A stretch of 64,000 nt of DNA. Origin: Ruminococcus sp. (GTDB taxonomy: Bacteria > Bacillota > Clostridia > Oscillospirales > Ruminococcaceae). The stretch lies in assembly GCA_015066875.1 (NCBI GenBank), contig SVNM01000001.1, forward strand, positions 7,815-71,814. Reading direction: 5' to 3'. Under the pieces are notes generated by a model that worked only from the letters and a program-made list of their open reading frames with translations, searched no databases and was not told the origin of the DNA. Both the position numbers and the translations under genes were made by a program. How positions within the stretch are numbered: the first letter of the stretch is position 1; each line of letters opens with the position of its first letter. Below are positions 1 through 9,566 of this stretch, piece after piece.

Positions 1-21
1 CTGAACGGTGGTGACAGCTAT

Positions 22-1443
22 ATGAATATTTTATTTGCCGCAAGTGAAGCTGTTCCTTACGCAGCTTCAGGCGGACTTGCCGATGTTGTCGGCTCGCTTC
101 CGAAAGCAATAAAAGAAAAAAACTGCGATTGCCGTATCGTAATCCCGCTTTATAAGGCAATAGGTCCTGAATTAAGAGCGGAAATGACTTTCCTTACCAA
201 TATTACAGTCGACGTTTCATGGCGTAAGCAGTACTGCGGTATTTTTACTGCAGTGAAAAACGGCATTACATATTACTTCATCGATAATGAGTACTACTTC
301 AACCGTGACGGACTCTATGGCTTCTATGACGACTGTGAGAGATTTGTATTCTTCTCAAGAGCTGTTCTTGAAATGCTCAGATATATCGACTTCAAGCCGG
401 ATGTAATCAATGCAAATGACTGGCAGACAGCTCTTATCCCTGTGTATTATAACGTATATTACAAGTATCAGCAGGGCTATGACCAGATAAAGAACGTCTT
501 TACAATCCATAATATTGAGTATCAGGGACGTTACGGCAAGGAAGTTCTCAACGAGCTTATGGGAATTCCGCTGTATCATTCAAATCTGCTTGAGTACGAC
601 GGCTACATCAATATGATGAAGGGCGCATTGGAAACAGCAGATATGATTACTACAGTAAGTCCAAGCTATGCGTGGGAGATTCTTGACCCGTGGTATGCTC
701 ACGGACTTGACAGAATTCTCGTTACAAAGCAGTATAAGCTCAAGGGTATCCTCAACGGAATCGATACAGATGTTTTCAATCCCGAAACAGATAAGTCTGT
801 TGCAGGTAATTACTCCTCAAAGAAGCTTGCAGGGAAGGAAAAATGCCGTAAGGCTCTTGCTCAGGAGCTTGGACTTGACGACAGCGAGGGTCCTGTAATC
901 GGTATCGTTACACGTTTTGTGGGACACAAGGGTATCGACCTTATCCGCTGTGTGTTTGAGGAAATGGTTGCTATGGGCGTAAAATTTGCCGTTCTTGGAA
1001 GCGGAGAGCATATCTATGAGGAGTTCTTCCGTGAAATGGCATCACGCTATCCCGGCAAGGTTTCTGTAACACTTGGATTTGTTCCTGAGCTTTCACGTAA
1101 AATCTATGCTGGCGCAGATATGTTCCTTATGCCTTCACAGAGCGAGCCCTGCGGACTTGCACAGATGATCTCAATGAGATACGGCACAGCTCCTATAGTT
1201 CGTGAAACAGGCGGTTTAAGAGACACTGTACGCGATAACGGCGGAGAAAACGGCAACGGATATACCTTCAAGACATACAACGCAAACGATATGCTTGACG
1301 CTGTAAAGCGTGCAAAGCGTGACTTTGAGGATAAAACCGAGTGGAAGGCTCTTGTTAAGCGCGCTATGGAGTGCGATTACAGCTGGTCTGCTTCGGCTGA
1401 TATCTACATTGAAACATACAAGGAATTATTATTACAATCATAA
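22..1443 (+). CDS. glgA: Glycogen synthase (GT5)
   Basis: N-terminal ASEAVPYAASGGLADVVGSLP (KxGGL-like motif), NDWQTA, FTIHNIEYQG, EPCGL motifs. Confidence 0.96.
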   Translation: MNILFAASEAVPYAASGGLADVVGSLPKAIKEKNCDCRIVIPLYKAIGPELRAEMTFLTNITVDVSWRKQYCGIFTAVKNGITYYFIDNEYYFNRDGLYGFYDDCERFVFFSRAVLEMLRYIDFKPDVINANDWQTALIPVYYNVYYKYQQGYDQIKNVFTIHNIEYQGRYGKEVLNELMGIPLYHSNLLEYDGYINMMKGALETADMITTVSPSYAWEILDPWYAHGLDRILVTKQYKLKGILNGIDTDVFNPETDKSVAGNYSSKKLAGKEKCRKALAQELGLDDSEGPVIGIVTRFVGHKGIDLIRCVFEEMVAMGVKFAVLGSGEHIYEEFFREMASRYPGKVSVTLGFVPELSRKIYAGADMFLMPSQSEPCGLAQMISMRYGTAPIVRETGGLRDTVRDNGGENGNGYTFKTYNANDMLDAVKRAKRDFEDKTEWKALVKRAMECDYSWSASADIYIETYKELLLQS

Positions 1444-1475
1444 AAAAAGGGGACTGCACTTGCAGTCCCTTTTTA
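1443..1475. terminator. Bidirectional intrinsic terminator between convergent glgA and tyrS
   Basis: A-run, GGGACTGCA-CT-TGCAGTCCC hairpin, T-run. Confidence 0.85.
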
Positions 1476-1484
1476 TGTATAATC

Positions 1485-2702
1485 TTACTTGACAACTACC
1501 TTGTGGAAGATTTTTTTGCCCTTTTTGATGATAGTCTCATCGCCGAGAGCAATATTGCTCTTGGGATCGGTAACCTTTTCATCATTTACAGAGATACCGC
1601 CCTGCTGAACAAGACGACGTCCCTCAGAGATAGAAGGAGCAAGACCTGTCTTAACGAGAAGAGTGAGAAGTCCCATACCGCCGTCAGTAAGCTCTGAAGC
1701 GTCGATTTCAGTGGTAGGCATATTCTCGTTAGAGCCACTTCCGCCGAATACAGCCTTGGCAGTTTCTCTTGCCTTGTCAGCCTCTTCCTCGCCGTGAACA
1801 AGCTTTGTAAGCTCATAAGCGAGAAGCTCCTTAGCAACGTTGAACTGAGCGCCTTCCATAGTTTTCTCCATTTCCTCGATTTCCTCAATAGGAACAAAGG
1901 TGAGCATCTTCAGGCACTTGATAACGTCAGCGTCTGATACATTTCTCCAGTACTGGAAGAACTCATAGGGAGTAGTCTTTGAAGCGTCAAGCCATACAGC
2001 ACCCTTTTCTGTCTTACCCATTTTCTTACCCTCGCTGTTGAGGAGGAGAGTGATTGTCATAGCATAAGCGTCCTTGCCAAGCTTACGACGGATAAGCTCA
2101 GTACCGCCAAGCATATTAGCCCACTGGTCGTCTCCGCCGAACTGCATATTACAGCCGTATTTCTGGAAGAGCTCCATAAAGTCGTAGCTCTGCATAATCA
2201 TATAGTTGAATTCAAGGAAGGTAAGACCGCGCTCCATACGCTGTTTGTAGCACTCGTGAGAGAGCATACGGTTTACGCTGAAGCAGGCTCCAACATCACG
2301 GAGAAGCTCCACATAATTAAGGTTCATAAGCCAGTCTGCGTTGTTTACGATGATAGCCTTGTCCTCGGAAAAGTCGATAAAACGGCTCATCTGCTTCTTG
2401 AAGCAGTCAACATTATGCTGGATTGTTTCGGGAGTCATCATCTTTCTCATATCGGTCTTACCTGAGGGGTCGCCGATCATAGCAGTACCGCCACCGATAA
2501 GCACGATAGGCTTGTTGCCTGCCATCTGGAGTCTCTTCATAAGGCAGAGAGCCATAAAGTGACCAACGTGAAGGCTGTCTGCGGTAGGGTCAAAGCCGAT
2601 GTAGAATGTAGCCTTACCTGCGTTTACAAGCTCTTCAATTTCCTTTTCGTCGGTCAGCTGAGCAAGCAGACCTCTTCGTTTGAGTTCTTCAAAAGTTGTC
2701 AT
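1485..2702 (-). CDS. tyrS: Tyrosyl-tRNA synthetase
   Basis: [15 protein letters not shown] (HIGH), KMGKT (KMSKS), QFGGDDQW, C-terminal S4 domain. Confidence 0.97.
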   Translation of the reverse strand: MTTFEELKRRGLLAQLTDEKEIEELVNAGKATFYIGFDPTADSLHVGHFMALCLMKRLQMAGNKPIVLIGGGTAMIGDPSGKTDMRKMMTPETIQHNVDCFKKQMSRFIDFSEDKAIIVNNADWLMNLNYVELLRDVGACFSVNRMLSHECYKQRMERGLTFLEFNYMIMQSYDFMELFQKYGCNMQFGGDDQWANMLGGTELIRRKLGKDAYAMTITLLLNSEGKKMGKTEKGAVWLDASKTTPYEFFQYWRNVSDADVIKCLKMLTFVPIEEIEEMEKTMEGAQFNVAKELLAYELTKLVHGEEEADKARETAKAVFGGSGSNENMPTTEIDASELTDGGMGLLTLLVKTGLAPSISEGRRLVQQGGISVNDEKVTDPKSNIALGDETIIKKGKKIFHKVVVK

Positions 2703-2736
2703 AGTTTATTCTCCTTTATATGAAATGTTTTATAAA

Positions 2737-3144
2737 TCAGAGCGAGCTGTTATCATCACTCATAATATCAAAATGTCTGCGGTATCGCTTTGGAATATTT
2801 ATACCCACAAGATAGCCGACAGAGTACAGAAAGTCTGAAATAACGGCAAATCCGTCCTTATAGAAAGCTTCTATGCGCTTGTCCTTATAGGAAATATTCT
2901 TGTAATCAGGTGGGCAGACAAAGGTCCAGTCGGCACCGCTTTTATCGAGAACTATTCTGAAAAATTTATCAATATCGGTATCTTTAAATCCCGATTTCAT
3001 AAGCAGAATGTGGTACTCAACAGCCTCGTCAATCTGGCTTACAACAGCAGTTTTTCCGTCGAATGAAATAACGGCAAGCAATGGCTCGTCAGCTGACACA
3101 GCCTTATTCACGCTTTCGGCAGAGGGGAATTTTATAATATCCAT
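2737..3144 (-). CDS. Hypothetical protein between the T-box and tyrS
   Basis: ORF with GGAGG RBS at 3150-3154 before the ATG at 3144 (MDIIK...); no recognised domain. Confidence 0.75.
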   Translation of the reverse strand: MDIIKFPSAESVNKAVSADEPLLAVISFDGKTAVVSQIDEAVEYHILLMKSGFKDTDIDKFFRIVLDKSGADWTFVCPPDYKNISYKDKRIEAFYKDGFAVISDFLYSVGYLVGINIPKRYRRHFDIMSDDNSSL

Positions 3145-3159
3145 AAAAGCCTCCATTCA

Positions 3160-3412
3160 AACAAAAAATCCCCGTACAGCGAAAACTGTACGAGGACGAA
3201 ATTACTCGTGGTACCACCTCGGTTTATCGGAGATAAGAAAGCTCCGACCTCAAAAGCTATAACGGGCACACCCGTCTGAACCTACTGATACAAATATGCA
3301 CGTTGGGCACAGAAACTCCCGGAGGTAATTCACTGACTGCCTGTTTTTCCTCGCACCAACCGGAAAATCTCTGAAACCACAGCAAAACAGCTACTTAATC
3401 CGTTCACAGTTT
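3160..3412 (-). ncRNA. T-box riboswitch, Tyr (UAC) specifier
   Basis: Minus strand reads AGAGA box, GGTTGGTGCGA loop, GAATTAC specifier (UAC at 3325-3327), AAACCGAGGTGGTACCACG T-box and terminator CGTACAG/CTGTACG plus U-run. Confidence 0.93.
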
Positions 3413-3417
3413 TATTA

Positions 3418-3446
3418 ATGATATCACATCTTTGAAAAAAAGTCAA
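3418..3446 (-). promoter_or_regulatory. SigA promoter of the T-box/tyrS operon
   Basis: TTGACT, 17 bp, TG-A-TATCAT on the minus strand. Confidence 0.7.
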
Positions 3447-3481
3447 GTACTATTTGAATACAGAGCTGTTTCGGAAAGAAA

Positions 3482-3508
3482 GTGTGCTCTGCATTACACA
3501 GAGCACAG
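3482..3508 (-). terminator. Hairpin closing the feo operon
   Basis: TGTGCTCTG / CAGAGCACA inverted repeat just after the last feo ORF. Confidence 0.6.
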
Positions 3509-3513
3509 AGAAT

Positions 3514-3675
3514 TTATTGATTTTTGTTGTTTCCACAGTTGCATTTACCTGAGCTACAGCTTTTGCTGTAAGGACAGCCTATGCATTTCTGTCCGCTTTT
3601 TTTAGCCTTATAGATGTAAAGTGAAGCAAGACCTACGATAATTATTACAACAGCGATAATAATTACATTCTCCAT
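3514..3675 (-). CDS. FeoB-associated Cys-rich membrane protein (53 aa, not in ORF track)
   Basis: Manual translation MENVIIIAVVIIIVGLASLYIYKAKKSGQKCIGCPYSKSCSSGKCNCGNNKNQ; AAAGGAG RBS; directly after feoB. Confidence 0.9.
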   Translation of the reverse strand: MENVIIIAVVIIIVGLASLYIYKAKKSGQKCIGCPYSKSCSSGKCNCGNNKNQ

Positions 3676-3696
3676 AAAAACAACTCCTTTTAGTAA

Positions 3697-5712
3697 TTAT
3701 CTTACAGCAGTCTTTTCCTTTTTACCGCTGAGAGCATATTCTTCCTTGATTTTCTTGTCTGAATTAAGGCAGAGATATGTAAGTATGCCTGCAAATACGA
3801 CAACAGCAATGAGTCCTGGAATAAAGCCTTCGCCGAAGTGTCCCTCAGTGATGAGTGTACCGATCTGATATACGAGATAACCAACAGTAAAGCCTGTGCC
3901 GAGCTGAAGACCGATTCCGCCCCAGAGCCACTTAGCGCTCTTCATTTCAGCGTTCATAGCACCGATTGCAGCAAAACACGGGGGGGTAAAGAGGTTGAAC
4001 ATAAGGTATGCAAGAGCAGCAACCTTTGTGATGGCAAATACTGAAGCGACCTCAGCGCCTGCGCCTTCCATAAGAGCAAGTTCTTCTGTATCGATGAAAT
4101 TTTCAAGTCCCACAAAGCATACAGCAAGAGTTCCGACAACATTTTCCTTAGCGATAAAGCCTGTGATAGCTGCCGCAGCAAGCTGCCAGGAGAGAACACC
4201 CACAACAGGAACGAGGAGATAAGCAAACGGACCTGCAATAGAAGCGAGGATTGATGAATCAGCAGTTTCAGCTTCCTGGAAGCTCCAGTTGAAAGTCTGC
4301 ATAATCTGAACTACAGTGTTGCACACAAGAATAATTGTAGCAGCCTTTACTATGTATGACCAGCCACGGCTACACATTGTCTTGACAGCTCTTCCAAGGC
4401 TTGGAATCTTATATTCGGGAAGCTCAATAATGAAGAAGGATTTTCTTGATTTATAGCCTGTTATTTTATTTACCAGCAATGCGCCGAAGAAAATAAGAGC
4501 GATTCCTGAGAAGTACATAAGGGGACTTACCCACCAGTCATCAGCGAAGAAAGCACCTGCGAAGAGTGCAATTACGGGAAGCTTTGCTCCGCAGGGCATA
4601 AAGGGAGCAAGCATAGCAGTAGCACGGCGCTCACGCTCATTACGGATAGTACGTGAAGCCATAACACCCGGAATAGCACAGCCTGTTGTAATAACAAAGG
4701 GGATTACAGACTTACCTGAAAGACCAACCTTCTTGAAAATGGGGTCCAGCACAACTGAAGCACGAGCCATATAACCGCAGTCTTCAAGAAGAGCGATAAG
4801 GAAGTACATAACCATAACCAGCGGAAGAAATCCGATAACAGCAATTGCTCCGCCGATGATACCGTCAACGAGAAGCGCATAAAGCAGAGGGCTTGCACCT
4901 TCAAGGAGTCCACCTATCCAGCTCTGGAAGCTTTCCAGCCAGGCAACAAGTGTATCTGCAAGGAAAGGTCCCACCCAGTACTGTGAAATCATAAGAACGA
5001 GACACATTACAACGGCGAAAATGGGAATACCAAGCCACTTGTTAGTGATAACAGCGTCGATTTTATCTCCGATATTCTTATCCTTTGTGAGAACCTTACG
5101 CTTTTCAACATCAGCAACGATTTTATTAACGAAAGCAAAACGCTTTCTGTCAGCTTCCTCAACAGCTTTTTTATCTGTGAGGTCGATATTATCCTGAACA
5201 TAAGGAGCAGACTGATTTTTTCCTGCCTGAGCAATGGCAGTCTCAATAACCTTATCAAGTCCCTCAGCATTTGTAGAGCAGGTGTTCACAACAGGACAGC
5301 CCAGCTTTCTTGAAAGAGCCTCTGCGTCAATAACAGTCTTTTTCTTTTCGTTGACATCTGATTTGTTAAGAGCCACAACCACAGGGATACCAAGCTCAAG
5401 AATCTGAGTTGTGAAGAAAAGGCTTCTGCTGAGGTTTGTTGCGTCAACAATATTGATGATAACATCGGGGTTTTCGTTCTTCACATAAGAGCTTGTAATA
5501 CTTTCCTCAGATGTAAAGGGTGACATAGAGTAAGCACCGGGAAGGTCAACTGCAACCAGTTCTTCCGCTCCTGCATAAGCTCTTTTGATAGAGTGCTCTA
5601 TCTTTTCAACGGTAACACCTGCCCAGTTACCTACCTTTTCGTTACGTCCTGTAAGGGCGTTATACATAGTGGTTTTACCGCTGTTGGGATTGCCTGTCAA
5701 AGCAATTCTCAT
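3697..5712 (-). CDS. feoB: Ferrous iron transporter FeoB
   Basis: GNPNSGKT, GNWAGVT, DLPG, NKSD GTPase motifs plus membrane gate domains; AGGAGG RBS supports start MRIALTG at 5712. Confidence 0.96.
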   Translation of the reverse strand: MRIALTGNPNSGKTTMYNALTGRNEKVGNWAGVTVEKIEHSIKRAYAGAEELVAVDLPGAYSMSPFTSEESITSSYVKNENPDVIINIVDATNLSRSLFFTTQILELGIPVVVALNKSDVNEKKKTVIDAEALSRKLGCPVVNTCSTNAEGLDKVIETAIAQAGKNQSAPYVQDNIDLTDKKAVEEADRKRFAFVNKIVADVEKRKVLTKDKNIGDKIDAVITNKWLGIPIFAVVMCLVLMISQYWVGPFLADTLVAWLESFQSWIGGLLEGASPLLYALLVDGIIGGAIAVIGFLPLVMVMYFLIALLEDCGYMARASVVLDPIFKKVGLSGKSVIPFVITTGCAIPGVMASRTIRNERERRATAMLAPFMPCGAKLPVIALFAGAFFADDWWVSPLMYFSGIALIFFGALLVNKITGYKSRKSFFIIELPEYKIPSLGRAVKTMCSRGWSYIVKAATIILVCNTVVQIMQTFNWSFQEAETADSSILASIAGPFAYLLVPVVGVLSWQLAAAAITGFIAKENVVGTLAVCFVGLENFIDTEELALMEGAGAEVASVFAITKVAALAYLMFNLFTPPCFAAIGAMNAEMKSAKWLWGGIGLQLGTGFTVGYLVYQIGTLITEGHFGEGFIPGLIAVVVFAGILTYLCLNSDKKIKEEYALSGKKEKTAVR

Positions 5713-5757
5713 AAAAATTCCTCCTGATGATTTATTGCCGATACACAATCGGCGACA

Positions 5758-5792
5758 GTTAGAAACGACTAATGTAGTTAGAAGAGACTAAC
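5758..5792. promoter_or_regulatory. Two TTAG-N6-CTAA operator boxes between feoA and feoB
   Basis: GTTAGaaacgaCTAA (5758-5772) and GTTAGaagagaCTAAC (5777-5792). Confidence 0.6.
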
Positions 5793-5833
5793 AGAATGTT
5801 AAAAAGTAATCAGCAGATTACTTTTGAAAAAAA

Positions 5834-6046
5834 TCAGACGATAATAGCCTCAGCAAGTCCCTTGTCGATGTTATATCTGCCGTCCTTGATAGAAACGGTA
5901 CAGCTGTTCTTCATATGTGAAACAACAGTAATAGGTTCACCGCTGTAGCAACCGAGTGAGAACAGAAAAGCATCGAGCTCTTCGTCGTCAGTTTCAATCC
6001 GCTGAATAATATACTCTTTTCCTTCTTCTGCAGTACTTAAATTCAT
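5834..6046 (-). CDS. feoA: FeoA family protein
   Basis: SH3-like FeoA pattern (FLFSLGCYSGEPITVV...AEAIIV) upstream of feoB; AGGAG RBS. Confidence 0.9.
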   Translation of the reverse strand: MNLSTAEEGKEYIIQRIETDDEELDAFLFSLGCYSGEPITVVSHMKNSCTVSIKDGRYNIDKGLAEAIIV

Positions 6047-6074
6047 AACGCATCTCCTGAAATTCACAGAGTAA

Positions 6075-6158
6075 TTAGTATTTGCTAACGTGTGTGCTTA
6101 AAATAAATTAGCACTTGCTAACTGGAATTATTTTACCATATTTATGTAAGTTTGTCAA
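6075..6158 (-). promoter_or_regulatory. feo promoter with two downstream TTAG-N6-CTAA operators
   Basis: TTGACA (6153-6158), 17 bp, TG-G-TAAAAT (6130-6135); boxes at 6075-6088 and 6108-6121. Confidence 0.7.
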
Positions 6159-6363
6159 TACCGACGCATATTTTTTTGCAATTTATACGTTTATCACAAT
6201 TTGAGTGAACTATGAGTCTGAGAAACTGTTAAATTCTTAACAGACAAAGGTGAGAAAGAGGCGCCGAGAGCTTTGTTGTAATATTGTGCCAATGACTCTG
6301 GAATTTTAAGATTATTTTACATATAAAGAGGAAAAATATATACTGAATTCGGTTTATTATACA

Positions 6364-6439
6364 TTGACAACAGGGGTGGTAATGATATACAATAGTTTTA
6401 TACAATTTGTTATTTATTATGTGGAAATAACAAATTGTA
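6364..6439 (+). promoter_or_regulatory. Promoter and 15-bp perfect 5' UTR hairpin of the dockerin protein gene
   Basis: TTGACA 6364-6369, TACAAT 6388-6393; TACAATTTGTTATTT / AAATAACAAATTGTA at 6401-6439. Confidence 0.55.
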
Positions 6440-6480
6440 AGTACAGATGAATATATAAAAAAATCACAGGGGGAAATTCT

Positions 6481-9195
6481 ATGAAGACAAGGAAAACAGT
6501 GGCGTCACTGACAGCGGGTATGACGCTGGCAGTATCAATGCTTCAGGCAATGCCTATGCCGGCAGTCGCATCAGGAGAGTATCTTATCCGCGACAAGTGG
6601 GGATACTGCACTACGGCAAATTACGTGGAATCAGAGCATTTCGTTATTTTCTACGGAAACAACGACACAACAGGACAGGTCAACGATGCGTTTTTACAGC
6701 GTAATCTTCAGGATTACGAAAAGCTCTGGAAATGCTACGGCGAATATCTCGGTATGGAGAATATGAACGTTGATGTTAACGGCAGAAGCCAGCAGAAATA
6801 CAAGACAAACGTGTATCTTACATACACAGGACTTGACCAGTATCCTGACGGCTGGGCATTTATGAGTGCTGAGGACGGATACGGTATTGAAATTATCAGC
6901 CCTAACGCTATGCTTGACGATCTTACAACAGCACACGAGTTCGGACACGTTGTAACTATGCATCAGAAGGCTTGGGTTGATCAGGATATCACAGGTGCAT
7001 GGTGGGAGCCTCTTGCAAACTGGTTCCGTGAAATGTATCTGGGAAGCCCGTATTATACAGGAAACACAAAAACCTGCGGATTTGAGCCTTATCTCAGAAA
7101 TATGAGCCTTACACTTCCTCATGGAAGAAACTATTACGAGGTTTGGCCGTTCCTTGTATATCTTTCATACAATCCGGATAATCTTCCGGGTCTTGGAATG
7201 GACTGCGTAAAGCGTATCATCTCAGAAGCACAGCCTAACGAGTATCCTTTTGACACCATCGCAAGACTTTTCGGCACAGACGCTCAGACAGTATTCGGAC
7301 ACTATGCAAAGCGTATGGCAACCTTTGATTTCGGTGCGCAGGAAGCATATCAGTCTGAATTCAACAGAATAATGTCTCAGTCGCCTTTCTACTGGAATCT
7401 TTTCTATACAGTTCTTGAGGATAACGGAACAGGCTGGCTTCAGTCTCCGCCTGAGGATTCTCCTATGCAGTCGGGAATAAATATTGTTCCTCTTAAAATT
7501 ACAGGCGATACGATCAGTGTGGATTTAAAGGGACTTTCAGATGATACAAATGCAGGCTGGAAGGCTTGTATAGTTACAGTTGATTCAAACGGTGCGGAAA
7601 CATATTCCGATTTGTTCGGAAGCGGTGAGAGTATGAGCATTTCAGCAAACGGAGCTGTATCTGCTTATCTTACTGTTTCGGCTATGCCCGCAGATCCCTA
7701 TGCGGTAAATGCATTTCACAAGGATAACGTTTCCTCATATAAAAACGGTACAGAGCGCAGAAGATATCCCTATGAAATAAAGCTCAGCGGAGCAGAAATG
7801 ATTAAGTCGGGCGGTTATTCAAAGGGTAACGGACATACTCACCCCAACGGCGGTGGCTGGGTAGCAGACGGTGCTACAGTAGCTGATTCCGTATATGTAG
7901 GTCCCAATGCAATGGTTCTTGGCAGTGCTAATCTTTCGGGCAATGTACGTGTAGAGGACTATGCTGTAGTTGCAGACAGCGTAACAGCAACAGACAACGT
8001 AGTAATCAGCGGTCACGCAATCGTTGACGGCGGAGGTATGATTTACGATAACGGCTGGAAATTCGGAAGCGTGACACTCAGCGGAAACGTTGTTATAGGC
8101 GACAGCGCAGTTGTAACAAATTCCTGTACAGTATCGGGCAATGCTAAGATTCTTCAGAAGGCTTATCTTGCAGAGGCAGTTACAGTTTCGGATAATGCAG
8201 TTGTAAAGGGTATGTCATACGTTTACGGTAAGGGTAATTATTCGGGAAGTGCTATTCTCGACGGCGATTACAGCAACGAACAGACCAAAAACAGCGGAGT
8301 AGGCTTCGGCTGGCTTGACGATTACGGATGGTATTCTACTTCAGACGGATATGTGGCAAATTACGATTTTGCAGAGCAGTCATCTGTGTGGAGCAAGGAA
8401 ACCTATGCTACAACAGATATTCGTCAGATGGGAGCAGAGTGGTCTGCCGAGCGTACATCTGCAAACGGAGTTCTTAATTTTGACGGCAGTGATGACTATG
8501 CACTTGTTGATGACGCGCTTTTACGTTCAAAAGACCTTCAGCTCAGTATGGGAGTTCTCTGGAAGGGCGGTAGCTCAGGACAGGAGGTTTTCCGTTTCGG
8601 TGATGAAAAGGCTTATATGTCATTTACTCCTTCAAATTCTTCCGGAGTAGCTGAGCTTACAATAACAGACGGCAATACAGTGGAAACTCTTACAGCTTCA
8701 GCACCTCTTGCAAAGGGCGAGTGGAGCAAGGTTACAGTCCGCATTATAAACGGAAGGGGAACTCTGCTTATCAACGGAGCAGAGTCAGCTTCAGCAAATT
8801 TCACGCTTACTCCCATTGCTGTAATGAGTGCTTCCGAAACAGACAGAGCAGTGCTCGGCAAGGGCTTCAAGGGAGCTGTTGACTATCTCTATTTCAGCAA
8901 TAAGGAAACAGCAGAGCCCAACGTAACATATACAGGTAGCGAAGAGCCTGATGACAGCGAGACACAGGAAATAATGTGGGGCGATGCCAACTGCGACGGA
9001 CAGGTAAAAATGGACGATGTTATCAAGGTAATGGCATACGGTGCTAACTCAGAAAAGAATCCTCTCTCAGAACAGGGTAAGGTGAATGCTGACGTTTACC
9101 AGAATGGTGACGGTGTTGATACATCAGATGCACTTTCAATTCAGAAGAAGGTTGCTCAGTTAATTGAGGAACTTCCTGAGTCGTATCTTAATTAA
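6481..9195 (+). CDS. Secreted cellulosomal protein: HExxH (DUF6055/Svx-like) domain, left-handed beta-helix, LamG-like domain, dockerin
   Basis: Signal peptide; AHEFGH...WWE; HPNGGGWVA followed by hexapeptide repeats; LNFDGSDDY LamG-like segment; C-terminal WGDANCDG...DVYQNGDG dockerin. Confidence 0.8.
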   Translation: MKTRKTVASLTAGMTLAVSMLQAMPMPAVASGEYLIRDKWGYCTTANYVESEHFVIFYGNNDTTGQVNDAFLQRNLQDYEKLWKCYGEYLGMENMNVDVNGRSQQKYKTNVYLTYTGLDQYPDGWAFMSAEDGYGIEIISPNAMLDDLTTAHEFGHVVTMHQKAWVDQDITGAWWEPLANWFREMYLGSPYYTGNTKTCGFEPYLRNMSLTLPHGRNYYEVWPFLVYLSYNPDNLPGLGMDCVKRIISEAQPNEYPFDTIARLFGTDAQTVFGHYAKRMATFDFGAQEAYQSEFNRIMSQSPFYWNLFYTVLEDNGTGWLQSPPEDSPMQSGINIVPLKITGDTISVDLKGLSDDTNAGWKACIVTVDSNGAETYSDLFGSGESMSISANGAVSAYLTVSAMPADPYAVNAFHKDNVSSYKNGTERRRYPYEIKLSGAEMIKSGGYSKGNGHTHPNGGGWVADGATVADSVYVGPNAMVLGSANLSGNVRVEDYAVVADSVTATDNVVISGHAIVDGGGMIYDNGWKFGSVTLSGNVVIGDSAVVTNSCTVSGNAKILQKAYLAEAVTVSDNAVVKGMSYVYGKGNYSGSAILDGDYSNEQTKNSGVGFGWLDDYGWYSTSDGYVANYDFAEQSSVWSKETYATTDIRQMGAEWSAERTSANGVLNFDGSDDYALVDDALLRSKDLQLSMGVLWKGGSSGQEVFRFGDEKAYMSFTPSNSSGVAELTITDGNTVETLTASAPLAKGEWSKVTVRIINGRGTLLINGAESASANFTLTPIAVMSASETDRAVLGKGFKGAVDYLYFSNKETAEPNVTYTGSEEPDDSETQEIMWGDANCDGQVKMDDVIKVMAYGANSEKNPLSEQGKVNADVYQNGDGVDTSDALSIQKKVAQLIEELPESYLN

Positions 9196-9207
9196 ATAAT
9201 GGAAAGC

Positions 9208-9244
9208 AAAACCGCTGTATCAGAAAAAGATACAGCGGTTTTTT
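9208..9244 (+). terminator. Intrinsic terminator
   Basis: AAAACCGCTGTATC-loop-GATACAGCGGTTTTTT. Confidence 0.85.
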
Positions 9245-9294
9245 GTGAATATCCGTAAAAACAAAAAGAGCCTTGTTGCGTTAACAAGACTCTC

Positions 9295-9370
9295 TGGAGC
9301 TGATGATCGGACTTGAACCGACGACCTACGCCTTACCAAGGCGTTGCGCTACCGACTGTGCCACATCAGC
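9295..9370 (-). tRNA. tRNA-Thr(GGT)
   Basis: Reverse complement GCTGATGTGGCACAGTCGGTAGCGCAACGCCTTGGTAAGGCGTAGGTCGTCGGTTCAAGTCCGATCATCAGCTCCA; 76 nt with encoded CCA. Confidence 0.96.
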
Positions 9371-9566
9371 ACTCAGCAATAATAATTATACAACAACTGA
9401 AAAGAAATGTCAATAGCAGATGAGAAATTTTATTATATTAATAAAATAAATGTAAATGACTGTAAAAATAAATATCTGCTTGAAAGAGATAAAAAAATGT
9501 GTTATAATAAAATATTATGAGAGTTTTCGGGATAGCTTTTTCCGAAAAATGCGAAGGAGAATTGCT

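Noticed and set aside
9456-9566. N-terminal extension of MiaB in the ORF track
   Set aside because: The region contains a promoter-like TTGAAA...TATAAT; the RBS supports the TTG at 9567
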